DNA of 64,000 bases, from the IMG/VR virus record IMGVR_UViG_3300025018_003789; one strand, written 5' to 3'. Made by a program: the position numbers and the translations under genes. The notes under the pieces were generated by a model. It saw nothing but the letters and a program-made list of their open reading frames with translations. It was not told the origin of the DNA and searched no databases. Positions 1 to 9,490 of this stretch are shown here, piece by piece. Position 1 is the stretch's first letter. Every line of letters starts with the position of its first letter. This stretch comes from an uncultured virus (IMG/VR IMGVR_UViG_3300025018_003789) (taxonomy: Duplodnaviria; Heunggongvirae; Uroviricota; Caudoviricetes).

Positions 1-2
1 GT

Positions 3-176
3 AATCCGAATGTGACTTTAGAGATTTTAGATATTATTTACGAGATGGCTAATCGTCATAAGTATCCTACTCCTGATTTGGACATAGCATTATTGGAAGC
101 GGTTGGGATATCAGCGAAGGTAGAGATATCTCCTGTGGTAAAGATTGGTTTGGTTCATGGTACAGATTACAACTGA
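3..176 (+). CDS. 3' end of hypothetical protein (partial, begins before window)
   Basis: Open frame from window start to TGA at 174-176, followed by a terminator-like hairpin. Confidence 0.5.
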   Translation, partial: NPNVTLEILDIIYEMANRHKYPTPDLDIALLEAVGISAKVEISPVVKIGLVHGTDYN

Positions 177-235
177 GGAGGTTTGATCGCCAACAGAAAG
201 TATTTTTTGGGTTATCTTTGACCCAACTCACACAT

Positions 236-279
236 AAATCACCTGCCTTCTATCCTCAAGTTGGTGGGTGATTTTTTTT
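236..279 (+). terminator. Intrinsic terminator-like hairpin
   Basis: AAATCACC...GGTGATTT stem followed by T-run. Confidence 0.5.
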
Positions 280-581
280 ATCTTTCATTATTCTATGGTT
301 GGATTCTATCTACTTATACATTTCTTATATATTTCCTGAGATAACTGGATCATAGGGTAGGGTATTCCTATGTTATTTTCCTTTTATCCTTCGATATACT
401 GTTGGGTATATCCGTCCCCACATTTAGTAGGCTTAGTTAATGTTCGGGTTAGCTCATCGGGTGCCAGCCAGCATAGAACAAATCCTGTATTATTGACAAA
501 ATAAATTGAAGTTAGCTCAAGGAAAAAGGGCATGGTTTAGCGTATATTATTTGTATGACCTTTTCATATAGGAGATAAGCA

Positions 582-1436
582 ATGTTTTTTACAGGTTCTT
601 ACAAATATAATTTTACATCAGAAAACAGTACAGAGAAGCAAAAGTTATTTGACGAGAGTGGATTGACAAAATCTGCTAGTGTCAATGGTATCAGGGATAC
701 GAATGAAGGGAAGACTTCTATATTTAATGCTAAAGAATTGAGAGCGAAAGGTGAGAAGTATTTAAAACAGAGAGGTGAGGAATTGAAATCAGCTAAACTA
801 GATCCAAAAGACAAGAAAGAGTTAAAGGATTACAACAAGCAATTATATCCAGAAGATTATGCTGAGGATATGGTTGCTGATTGTGATGATAAGAAAGACA
901 AGAAGAAAGATACAAAAAATATGAAGAATGATTCAAAGAAAAAAGCGATGAAGATTTCCCAAAGGGATTATACAGATAGTTTATTTGAGAGTCGTAATGA
1001 TTTAGGTGATGATTATGTAGATGATCCTGGTATGGGTTTCTTTGAGGATATGAGTGAGAAAGAGCCTGACGATCTTAAGAGGGATTATTTGAAAGGGGAT
1101 TTAGATTTAAACGATTTTATTGATAGGTTAGAGGAGTGGTTTGAATCAAAAGAGTCCTTAAATAGTTTTGTTGAAAGTGCTGTCCACGAGAAAATGAATA
1201 ATAATTCTTTTGATGGTATAGAAAATGATGAAGATTATGGTTATGAGGATAGACATTTAGGTTCTTCTAATAAAAAAAGAATTGCTAGTAAGGAAGAAGA
1301 TCCTTGTTGGGATGGTTATGAGATGGTAGGAAAGAAAAATAAGGATGGTAAAGAGGTTCCTAATTGTGTCAAGAAGAAATCTTTTAATTTAAGTTCTTTA
1401 TCTAAGAAGAAGAATCCTTATTACAAGGGTAAATAA
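582..1436 (+). CDS. Acidic/lysine-rich phage protein with PCWxGYxMVGxKxKxGKxVPNCV motif
   Basis: AGGAG RBS; C-terminal DPCWDGYEMVGKKNKDGKEVPNCV motif recurrent in large-phage hypothetical proteins. Confidence 0.7.
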   Translation: MFFTGSYKYNFTSENSTEKQKLFDESGLTKSASVNGIRDTNEGKTSIFNAKELRAKGEKYLKQRGEELKSAKLDPKDKKELKDYNKQLYPEDYAEDMVADCDDKKDKKKDTKNMKNDSKKKAMKISQRDYTDSLFESRNDLGDDYVDDPGMGFFEDMSEKEPDDLKRDYLKGDLDLNDFIDRLEEWFESKESLNSFVESAVHEKMNNNSFDGIENDEDYGYEDRHLGSSNKKRIASKEEDPCWDGYEMVGKKNKDGKEVPNCVKKKSFNLSSLSKKKNPYYKGK

Positions 1437-1438
1437 TT

Positions 1439-1537
1439 ATGGAAAAGAAGACTTGTTGTTCTATAAAGGATATAAAGAAGGCTAAGGTAAAACCTTTGAA
1501 GCCTATATTTAATTTAAAGAAAGTGAAGAAGAAGTAA
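1439..1537 (+). CDS. Small basic protein (32 aa)
   Basis: ATG 2 nt after previous stop; MEKKTCCS...IFNLKKVKKK. Confidence 0.45.
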   Translation: MEKKTCCSIKDIKKAKVKPLKPIFNLKKVKKK

Positions 1538-1630
1538 TTCATAAATTGGTGTATTGTATATCAATAAAAAAAAATACAAGAATCTCCTTTTTATCGTATC
1601 ATATTTAGATACTAGAAAGGAGATTTTCTT

Positions 1631-2746
1631 ATGTTATGGAAAGATGAAGAAATTCAATATTTAAGAGACAATTATAGTAAAGAAGAAAAAGATATTATTT
1701 GTAGAAATTTAAAACGTAATTGGCCAGCAATAATAAGAATGGCTAATTTACATGACTTAAAAAGACATGGAATATATAGTAAAGCAAAGATGGCATCAAA
1801 TCTTTTGTTAGAAACGCCTGAAGCGTATTATTGGGCTGGTTTTTTAATGGCTGATGCTCATATTTCAGAAAACCATATTGATTTAGCGATAAACACTTTA
1901 GATAAAGACCATCTTGAAAGTTATGCTGATTTCGTTGGTTATGTAAATAATTTAAAATTTAGAAAAACCAATAATGTATATCGTGTAGATTTTTCTGACC
2001 GTGGTATAGTTCCTTTGTTTAGAAAAAAATTTAATTTATCAAATAAAGGTGCAAAAACATATAATCCTCCTTCAATAAATATTAAAAATGATGATTTGTT
2101 TCTTGCATTTTTTTGTGGTTTTGTTGATGGCGATGGAAATATTCATCACAAAATTGACAATAAAAAAGGAGGAATCAGAGAATCTTGTAGTTTATTTATT
2201 CAATGTCATGGTAGTTGGAAAGATACTTTAGAATCTTGGTGCAAAAGAGTCTCTATGGTTTTAAAAAGAGAAGATTATATTAAAAAATGTAAAATAAGTA
2301 AAAGAAATCATGCTTATATCTACTTACAGGATATGAATTTTTTGATTTCTTTAAAAAATGAATTAATAAGAATTGAATTAGATACTATTTATTTAAAAAG
2401 AAAATGGGATAATATAGATTCAAATTATTCTAATAAACAATTTCGTTTGGCTGGCGAAAAAACAGAGAAGGTTTTATTAATGTTTAAAAATGGAGATACG
2501 AAACAAGATATAGCAAAAGAATTGGGAATTACAGAAATTCATGTTCGTCATATTTTAAAATCGAATGATATTAAATATGAACGTAGTAAATTTAAACAAA
2601 AAAAGTGGTCTGAGAAGGAAATCGACTTACTTAAAGAGAATTATGTAGGAAGTAAAGATAGAGAAATATGTGAATTGATTAATGATAGAAGTTATGAATC
2701 TATTGCAAAAAAAGCAAGTCAAATAGGATTGAGAAAATATGGATAA
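1631..2746 (+). CDS. LAGLIDADG homing endonuclease with Myb/HTH-like terminal repeats
   Basis: YWAGFLMADAH and FFCGFVDGDG motifs; WKDEEIQYLRDNY / WSEKEIDLLKENY repeats; AAGGAG RBS. Confidence 0.85.
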   Translation: MLWKDEEIQYLRDNYSKEEKDIICRNLKRNWPAIIRMANLHDLKRHGIYSKAKMASNLLLETPEAYYWAGFLMADAHISENHIDLAINTLDKDHLESYADFVGYVNNLKFRKTNNVYRVDFSDRGIVPLFRKKFNLSNKGAKTYNPPSINIKNDDLFLAFFCGFVDGDGNIHHKIDNKKGGIRESCSLFIQCHGSWKDTLESWCKRVSMVLKREDYIKKCKISKRNHAYIYLQDMNFLISLKNELIRIELDTIYLKRKWDNIDSNYSNKQFRLAGEKTEKVLLMFKNGDTKQDIAKELGITEIHVRHILKSNDIKYERSKFKQKKWSEKEIDLLKENYVGSKDREICELINDRSYESIAKKASQIGLRKYG

Positions 2747-3485
2747 TATAAGAATTCTGATACTCGCCCAACCGTTTTGTCCACTATTTGAGTTAGGGGA
2801 GCGTTTGGCTGATTTCCATAATATGGATTATTTTACAATTGAGCGTGATAACGATTACAAGAATATTGATTATTTCTCTGACAAGATTCCTGCTATTTAT
2901 TTAGATACAAATGATTTCATGACGGGTAGTGAGACTTCTCAGGGCCCACGTGATCCTATGTCCACGAGTAAGATGAAGGCATTGGACGAGATTTCTGTGC
3001 CTTCGCCTGAAGATCTTTTATCTGAGGACGAGCGTGTATCTTTAATGTCTCATGATAGGATGATAGTATCGAGTCAGGTATTGGACCCCTGGTTGGCTAC
3101 TGAGTGGGCTGATGTGGTGTTATATTTGAAGGTAAATGACAAGAAGGCTGCTGATTGGTTATCCAAGCGTCGTAAGTGTCCTTGTTGTGGTGCAGCGTAT
3201 CATTTAGAAGAGCGTCCAGTGAGTGCTGGGGACTTGTGTGATCGTTGTGGGACGACGATCATTATGTTAGAGAAGGATCGTCCAGAGAACGTTCGTAAGC
3301 AGTTCCAGGCGTGGAGAACTCAGGCTTACCGTATTGAGTTGTCATTTAGAGATTTGGGTAAGGATAAGTTTGCTACGATTGATGTAGATAAAGTGACGGG
3401 TTTTGATGAGATTGTAAAGTTAGCTGAGAGATTTTTAAAGAAGAAGATCAATCGTTCCCGTGTTGATTGGGGGTATAGTATATAA
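2739..3485 (+). CDS. Adenylate kinase-like protein (zinc LID domain, degenerate P-loop)
   Basis: RRKCPCCGAAYH...CDRCG..I...KDRPENVRK LID signature; N-terminal ILILAQPFCP where GxPGxGK is expected. Confidence 0.7.
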   Translation: MDNIRILILAQPFCPLFELGERLADFHNMDYFTIERDNDYKNIDYFSDKIPAIYLDTNDFMTGSETSQGPRDPMSTSKMKALDEISVPSPEDLLSEDERVSLMSHDRMIVSSQVLDPWLATEWADVVLYLKVNDKKAADWLSKRRKCPCCGAAYHLEERPVSAGDLCDRCGTTIIMLEKDRPENVRKQFQAWRTQAYRIELSFRDLGKDKFATIDVDKVTGFDEIVKLAERFLKKKINRSRVDWGYSI

Positions 3486-3967
3486 TGTATAATTTAGAAA
3501 AGAATAGTTTTATTAGTGTTGATCGTTTATGTTTCAAGGTAACATCTTGTTTTAATTTAAAGTTTGCTGATACTGATTTCCGTAAATACAAATTAGATCC
3601 AGTAGATGAATTAGAGATACCTGATGATTATGAGTATGGTAATTATTATGTAATTCAGAAGGGTGATACAGTTCTTCGTCCTAATTCTAAGAACAATACA
3701 TTTTATTTAGTGATTGCTATTTATAACAATAATGAAAATATAAATCGTTCATTTGTGGAAGTTCAAGAGTTGGACAATGGAAATCCTGTAGGTGAGACTT
3801 TAGAGATACCTCTTAGTCAGGCCAAGAATATGGAGTTTAGTAGTCTTGGTGAGTATATGAGGATTATTGAGGAAGAGAGAGTAAAGGAGGAGGCTTATCA
3901 GAGGCGTAAGACTGAGCAGCAGAAAAGGAATAAGGGAAAGTTTAAGAATCCGTTTTATTCTTTCTGA
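3485..3967 (+). CDS. Hypothetical protein
   Basis: 160-aa ORF, TAATG-coupled to upstream gene. Confidence 0.65.
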   Translation: MYNLEKNSFISVDRLCFKVTSCFNLKFADTDFRKYKLDPVDELEIPDDYEYGNYYVIQKGDTVLRPNSKNNTFYLVIAIYNNNENINRSFVEVQELDNGNPVGETLEIPLSQAKNMEFSSLGEYMRIIEEERVKEEAYQRRKTEQQKRNKGKFKNPFYSF

Positions 3968-4184
3968 TTTTCTTTAGAATATTTACAATTTTTTCAGTGG
4001 CTTCTTGAGAGAGTGTTCCTTCTTCTTCAAATTTATTATCTGAGTTTACAATAAGTATCATAGTGCTTACAGCTCCAGAGACATCTCTGAGTTTACTTAC
4101 TATTTCCATTAGATTTTCATTATCAAGAGCTTCAATGACTTCATTAATATCTTTGATGCTTGGGATATTAATTTTTTCCATCAT
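3942..4184 (-). CDS. Hypothetical protein
   Basis: 80-aa ORF, ATGA-coupled to upstream gene. Confidence 0.55.
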   Translation of the reverse strand: MMEKINIPSIKDINEVIEALDNENLMEIVSKLRDVSGAVSTMILIVNSDNKFEEEGTLSQEATEKIVNILKKIRKNKTDS

Positions 4185-4576
4185 TGTGATCCTTTAAAAT
4201 AGAATGTAACCAATCTTTTCCATTCGTTTTGGTATCTTTCAAGAATGAATACTTTATTTCCATTTTGGACTCTCATTCTAGGTGTATGAATTATTTTGCC
4301 TTCTCGAACAGTACTTCTTGTTTCTTTGGTGATTGATTCGGCTTGTTTTATTTCTTCTCGAATCAATCTATTTATATATTTTTTAGACCTTCTTTTTTTT
4401 AGAAGTCTTTCACAGATTCTATTTTGTGCGTGGTCTTCTATTACAAATTTTGTTACATTTTCTGCTGGACGATCTGGTAGTTTTCCTTGTGATGGTCTTC
4501 TACGTTGCATCTTCTTTGTAACCTTTTTTGACGAGTTCTTTGATTCTGATTGGATATGATATTCCAAGTGCGACAA
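4181..4576 (-). CDS. Hypothetical basic protein (start uncertain)
   Basis: ORF in minus-strand operon; DHAQNRICERL motif. Confidence 0.55.
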   Translation of the reverse strand: MSHLEYHIQSESKNSSKKVTKKMQRRRPSQGKLPDRPAENVTKFVIEDHAQNRICERLLKKRRSKKYINRLIREEIKQAESITKETRSTVREGKIIHTPRMRVQNGNKVFILERYQNEWKRLVTFYFKGSQ

Positions 4577-5204
4577 GTAGTGCCATAAGGATTGATGGAA
4601 GAAGTAGACTCATTTCTGTATCTACAGACAGGAGTGAGATGTAGATTGCTAGGAAGAAGAAGAGGGTGAAGTTAATACCAAACAATGTAGATTCGATAAT
4701 GATATAGGGAGTCCAGTAGGATTTCCCTATTCTTTTATGTAGTTTCATTGTTGTGTTCTTTTGCCAGGGTTTAGGATTTGCTGGATGTTTTTCTAGTGCT
4801 TGTTTTTTTCCTTCTTCCCATTCATACCATAGTTCATGTTTTTTTGGGTATGGGTTTTTTATGATCATACCCATTTCTTTTCCGTCTTGGAAAGCGCCAT
4901 CTAGGTTATCGTTGTAGTCTTGTTGATATTCTTTTTCCCATTTTTCCCATTTTTCTTTATTATGTTTGTAGATATTGTAGATAAGACCTACGACATTAGA
5001 AAGTATAAAAAGTATAGCGATGAAATGTATGATGGGGTCTTTGTAGGAGGTTAGATGTGGATAGAAGTAACCTGCGATCAAGATCATAACGATGTAATAG
5101 AATTCATCTTCATCTTCATCATCATGATCTGGTATTGCTGCGGCTTCAATTTCGAGTTGTTCGATCAGGTGTTGCAGTTCTTCTTTGTATTCTTTTTGTG
5201 TCAT
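4500..5204 (-). CDS. Multi-pass membrane protein
   Basis: Four hydrophobic segments. Confidence 0.6.
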   Translation of the reverse strand: MTQKEYKEELQHLIEQLEIEAAAIPDHDDEDEDEFYYIVMILIAGYFYPHLTSYKDPIIHFIAILFILSNVVGLIYNIYKHNKEKWEKWEKEYQQDYNDNLDGAFQDGKEMGMIIKNPYPKKHELWYEWEEGKKQALEKHPANPKPWQKNTTMKLHKRIGKSYWTPYIIIESTLFGINFTLFFFLAIYISLLSVDTEMSLLLPSILMALLVALGISYPIRIKELVKKGYKEDAT

Positions 5205-5367
5205 ACGACTGCATTTATTCCTGATTTGGCTGAGGATTTCTTCTTCTAAGTTCTATTCCTTTCAGACGATTGATTTTGTTGATTTTGCGGTCAGTGGTAT
5301 ATAAGTTCTAAAGAATCTGCGGTCAATCCCCAACCATACATGATGTCGTTTCATTAATCCTTTTCCT

Positions 5368-5604
5368 TCAAGATGTAGCAGCTAATTGGCTATTGGTGTA
5401 GGTATTGATGACTCTTTTGCCAGCCACCACGTCTCTTGCTTCTTTCAGGACTCTTTGTGACAGCATCCTGTTGATTTCATTTTGGTTAGGTAGGATGATG
5501 GTATGATTGACTTCTGGATGTTTTAGGACAAGATGTTTTTTCGACCTTTGTTTTTCGAATCCGAGTTTACGTAGTTCTTTGATCATGTCTTTTTTCTTCA
5601 TCAT
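5368..5604 (-). CDS. HicA-like mRNA interferase family protein
   Basis: KELRKLGFEKQRSKKHLVLKHP...TIILP...EI..ML.QRVLKEA; AAGGAG RBS; sigma70-like promoter upstream. Confidence 0.7.
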   Translation of the reverse strand: MMKKKDMIKELRKLGFEKQRSKKHLVLKHPEVNHTIILPNQNEINRMLSQRVLKEARDVVAGKRVINTYTNSQLAATS

Positions 5605-5715
5605 ATTGTAAATGCTCCTTGTATTTTGTATATTGCACACGGAAATACCTACACTGTCAAGACTTATTGGCCAAATTTCACTGTTCTTCCTTTTAGTTTT
5701 GGATTTGGATGAGAC

Positions 5716-5755
5716 AAAAAGAAAGAGGGGTAGTTTTTAGGCTACCCCTCTCTTT
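5716..5755. terminator. Intrinsic terminator (likely minus strand, possibly bidirectional)
   Basis: AGAGGGGTAG/CTACCCCTCT stem flanked by A- and T-runs. Confidence 0.7.
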
Positions 5756-6040
5756 GACCGTTTTTACGAGGACGGATGGTCGAGGTCATCGTTAGATGCC
5801 TACTGATTTTACGAACTCAACCCAATGGGAACTTCATGAGAGGATACAAAAGGGAAGGTGTTTTGGGCACAGCGTTTGACTAGCGAGGTCATTCAAAGTG
5901 CTTATCAGGATTGTAGGATCGCTACCCGACTTTCGCCGTTTTATCCTCACACGTTCCTTCGTCTTCATTTCGCTTCACCGTCCACGCCGTTCTAGGGACT
6001 CCACTACTTTGAAGATATATTTTGTATCCTCACATGAAGA
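5756..6040 (-). ncRNA. Candidate structured non-coding RNA
   Basis: Intergenic ~290 nt between two hairpins; 19/20 inverted repeat 5832-5851/6020-6039 and nested 8-bp IR 5892-5899/6006-6013. Confidence 0.3.
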
Positions 6041-6078
6041 GAGCGAGGGAGATAAACTCCCCCGCTCAATGGGTGATG

Positions 6079-6741
6079 TTACACGAGAGAGGGGCTAACG
6101 CCAATTTCGTTGGCGACAGTATTGATATGAGTCTTGGTAGCGACCCACTTATCAAGTTTTGCCTGACGTTCAGAGTCGAGGCGTCCACGTGCGGTGAAAC
6201 CGAGTACTTCACGACCCTTGACATTCAAAGCCTTGACGAGCTTGTCACGGTCGATTTCTTCTTGGGAGCGGCGCTTTGCTCCGGTCTTTGGTCCACGCTT
6301 CTTGGTTTCGCCAGTTGTGGCGGTGGCAGAAGCAGCGGCAAGTGCAGGTTTGGCGGACTTGCCATTGAGGGCGCTTTCAAGGGTCAGTTCACCACGATTG
6401 ATGGAGATGAGTTGATCGATGGAGAGAGCCTGAATGTCTTCACTTGTAATTGAGGGCTTAGAAGCCTCTTCGACATCGGCATCGGGGGCAAAGATGGCGT
6501 TGAAGAAGTTTTCACCAACGTTACCAAGTTTGCGATTGAGGGTGACAAGACTGTTGGTCTTGCCGTCGAAATTTGTATCAGCAGCCTCCCGCCGAGACTT
6601 ACCATTGACGTGAACGTCCTTGAGGTAGTTGAGGGTTTCATCATCTTCGATGATGTTTGCCTTGCGGAGGTTGTTGAGCAGCATGGTCGGGCTGGCGATG
6701 AGTGCGGCAGAGAGTGCAGCGAGGGTGAGTGACTTGTTCAT
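6079..6741 (-). CDS. Hypothetical protein, possibly DNA-binding (highly expressed codon style)
   Basis: AAGGAG RBS; 220 aa; KKRGPK/RGR basic motifs; followed by hairpin 6042-6068. Confidence 0.7.
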   Translation of the reverse strand: MNKSLTLAALSAALIASPTMLLNNLRKANIIEDDETLNYLKDVHVNGKSRREAADTNFDGKTNSLVTLNRKLGNVGENFFNAIFAPDADVEEASKPSITSEDIQALSIDQLISINRGELTLESALNGKSAKPALAAASATATTGETKKRGPKTGAKRRSQEEIDRDKLVKALNVKGREVLGFTARGRLDSERQAKLDKWVATKTHINTVANEIGVSPSLV

Positions 6742-6941
6742 AGTGTAGTTCTCCTTGTCCCTTTTCGGGAATGATTTGTTTCCTGCTACGACTTGTGGTC
6801 TATAGCTAGGAGGTAAGAGATTGCAAGAGAAAAGATCATCTGGTCACGATTTTTTTTTTCTCTGCTATTTCATTTTCTATCCATAACTGAAAAGCGTCAA
6901 TGTTTGAGTTAGCTCGGCATCCAATATGCCACGTCATTTCT

Positions 6942-7187
6942 TCAGTGGAATCTTGAATCCGACCAACTTCCCTTGAACTGGGTCCAGGGACGCCTTGTAT
7001 CCCAGAAGAAGAGAGTATAGACATTATCTTGATCGTCTTTGAAGATCCATTCCATTGGTGTGCTTACAAAGCGTTCCAAATGGTGGGGATTGCCAAAGGC
7101 TTGGACGATATCTTGATATGTCGTCTCAATCTCTCCTCGCACTGACGTATGATTGGTGTCAGCGTTCGGTTCTGGAATGAATTTCAA
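6942..7187 (-). CDS. Hypothetical phage protein
   Basis: GGAGG RBS; TSVRGEIETTY.DIV.AFG.P...EW motif seen in phage small proteins. Confidence 0.6.
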   Translation of the reverse strand: MKFIPEPNADTNHTSVRGEIETTYQDIVQAFGNPHHLERFVSTPMEWIFKDDQDNVYTLFFWDTRRPWTQFKGSWSDSRFH

Positions 7188-7264
7188 TTACTTGCCTCCT
7201 TTCTTTATTCGGATGGTTCGGATTGTGGTTGTTTTCTTTGCCATGCACTTTCCTTTCCTACTGA

Positions 7265-7915
7265 TTACATTTTGATTGTTTGTTCTTCAATTGTTTCAGT
7301 TAGCTCAGCAGAGTTTTCACTCGGGACTGATTTCTTTTTCTCAAACGGGTTATCTGTGGGATTGGGATTGAGTTTGTTATCAACCCATACAGTTCGTTTG
7401 ATCGTTCTGTCAGTATTCCCCAAGGGAACTTTGACGACAGCACGAATTCCTGTGAGACCATCTTTTGTGATAGTTGCCACACAGGTTGCGAATTCCTTAC
7501 ATGCCGGACATTGATAAGGACGAAGATTGACTTCGATTTCAGAGATTTCTCTGTTCTTGTGTTTCTTGCCGCAGTGCTTACATTTAAGTTCTACGGTCAT
7601 GTGCTTCATTTCTTGTTCAGTCTGGTTCGATTTGCGCCCCTTATTTTTTACATCAAATCGAAAGTTGTTCATTTCTTTAGACTTGACGTAATAATTGATT
7701 CGATTCCAGACTGTGGATGCTGATGTTCTGATGCTTTCTTTCGTTGGATCTTTTTGAGCGACAGCATCTGACATCACGTGAATTTGGTCACGTATTTGAT
7801 AACGGGTGTCACCTATTTTGAAGTTGGTTTCAATGAACTGCACAAAATCCACTCCAAACGTCGCTTGGATTTGCTGTTCTAGTTTGCACCCCCGTTGTTT
7901 TTTAGCTTTAGCCAT
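7265..7915 (-). CDS. Zinc-ribbon-containing hypothetical protein
   Basis: CKHC and CPAC pairs; start reassigned to MAKAKK after GGAG RBS. Confidence 0.65.
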   Translation of the reverse strand: MAKAKKQRGCKLEQQIQATFGVDFVQFIETNFKIGDTRYQIRDQIHVMSDAVAQKDPTKESIRTSASTVWNRINYYVKSKEMNNFRFDVKNKGRKSNQTEQEMKHMTVELKCKHCGKKHKNREISEIEVNLRPYQCPACKEFATCVATITKDGLTGIRAVVKVPLGNTDRTIKRTVWVDNKLNPNPTDNPFEKKKSVPSENSAELTETIEEQTIKM

Positions 7916-7989
7916 TGACTTCGCTCCACAGGATAGATAAGGATAGTGTCTACCCTTGTAGGCCACATGTCAAGGGTATTTTGGCCAAC

Positions 7990-8193
7990 CTATCCTCTTT
8001 TATGCGTTTCCGCAATCTCTTCTTCCCTGGTCATTTTTGGGAACTTTTCATCAATGAAACTATCAATTGTTTTTTCAATGCTTTCCTGACTTGCTGGCGT
8101 TCCCATACCACTCTCTATCTTGATTAAGTGGATTTCTTTACTTTTAAGATGGTGTATGAAATCCTGTAGTTCTTTTCTCAGTTCTTCTTTCAA
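7990..8193 (-). CDS. Hypothetical protein
   Basis: GGAGG RBS, TTG start. Confidence 0.55.
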   Translation of the reverse strand: MKEELRKELQDFIHHLKSKEIHLIKIESGMGTPASQESIEKTIDSFIDEKFPKMTREEEIAETHKRG

Positions 8194-8265
8194 CTTTCAA
8201 TCCTCCAAAAAAATACCCCTAAAGCCTTATGGCTAAAGGGGTTAGGTTTTATGTTGAGGTTTCAG

Positions 8266-8970
8266 TTATGGCATAGACATGTCGTAGTTTCCGCCTAGGG
8301 AAACACCACGTTTTTCATATCTATCCTTCTCTTGTTTTGAAGAGACTTTAGAGAAGGCTTCAAACTTGAAGACAACTTCTTCGAGTGGGAGATAGGGTAA
8401 TGACTTCATCAATTCCCTTAATTTATCGGGATCGATTGATGGGACATTGGGATGAAGTTCTGATCTCAATTCAATGACATTCTCAAAAGAGAAGGGATCT
8501 TTGATTCCGGTGGTATAAACCCATTGCTCATGGTCTTCTTTGAATTCTCGTTCAAACTGCTTAGAACGGAATTTTTCAGTCAGGAACATGATGATATACT
8601 TTTTGTATTCCTGATACTCCTCAATATTGAGAGGATTTTCTTCTACATCTTTCACCATTCTCACCATTTGTGGGTGAGTGGCGATGTGATACAAGAAGAA
8701 TGCCTTGAAAGTTTCGTCAATCATCTTTGACGTAATTTCGACAAAGGCATCAGATGATACAAATTGTATTTCGTTACCTTGTTTCTTTCCTTCTAGGTTA
8801 CTGAGGGTTGTTTTGTATTCATCAAGAACGTCAAGGATTTGTTCTCTGTCTTCAGGTGATAATGTATCATCATCAAGAAGTTCGTTAAGTTGTTTTATTT
8901 CATCACGAATGCTTTGTTGTTGAAGGTTGATTTTTTCATGGGCCATGTTTGTCTTTGATTCCTCACACAT
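8266..8970 (-). CDS. Hypothetical protein (coiled-coil N-terminus)
   Basis: 234-aa ORF coupled to upstream gene; hairpin 8215-8242 downstream. Confidence 0.65.
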   Translation of the reverse strand: MCEESKTNMAHEKINLQQQSIRDEIKQLNELLDDDTLSPEDREQILDVLDEYKTTLSNLEGKKQGNEIQFVSSDAFVEITSKMIDETFKAFFLYHIATHPQMVRMVKDVEENPLNIEEYQEYKKYIIMFLTEKFRSKQFEREFKEDHEQWVYTTGIKDPFSFENVIELRSELHPNVPSIDPDKLRELMKSLPYLPLEEVVFKFEAFSKVSSKQEKDRYEKRGVSLGGNYDMSMP

Positions 8971-9475
8971 CGAGTTTGAGACTAATCAGCAAGTGATCGT
9001 CTTTGTTACTAACAGGAGAGATAGATAAATCGTCTCCAAACTCGTCTTGCAGTTCCTTGATCTCCAATTTTATCTTTAATACTTTTTCAATTTCAGAAGC
9101 ATCGAAGACATCCTCATTGGCTTCGTCAGTTAGAACGGCATTGACGAACGAAAGAAAATCAGAGCGTTGTCTTCTGGATAATTTTCTCTCTTCTTCTTGA
9201 TCGTTTGGCTCCTTAGTGGATTGAGGAGATATAGGTGCGAGACTAATGTCATCTAATGACGGATGAGGATCACTGTCAACACCTTTTTTGACCTGTTCCA
9301 GAATATCTTGAGTTATCCCCATTCTTTCCAGTGTTTCACCCAAGACAATCATGGCCTCTGCTAGAAGATCAAGAGAAGAAATCTTGATCAGGCAAGGATT
9401 TTCCACATAAAGGATGCGAGTGCCGTCTCTATCAGTCCTTTTTTTGATGTCACCATAATTTATTGATTTATTCAT
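8963..9475 (-). CDS. Hypothetical protein
   Basis: 170-aa ORF with AAGGGA RBS. Confidence 0.65.
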   Translation of the reverse strand: MNKSINYGDIKKRTDRDGTRILYVENPCLIKISSLDLLAEAMIVLGETLERMGITQDILEQVKKGVDSDPHPSLDDISLAPISPQSTKEPNDQEEERKLSRRQRSDFLSFVNAVLTDEANEDVFDASEIEKVLKIKLEIKELQDEFGDDLSISPVSNKDDHLLISLKLDV

Positions 9476-9490
9476 ATTTATCCCTTACAT

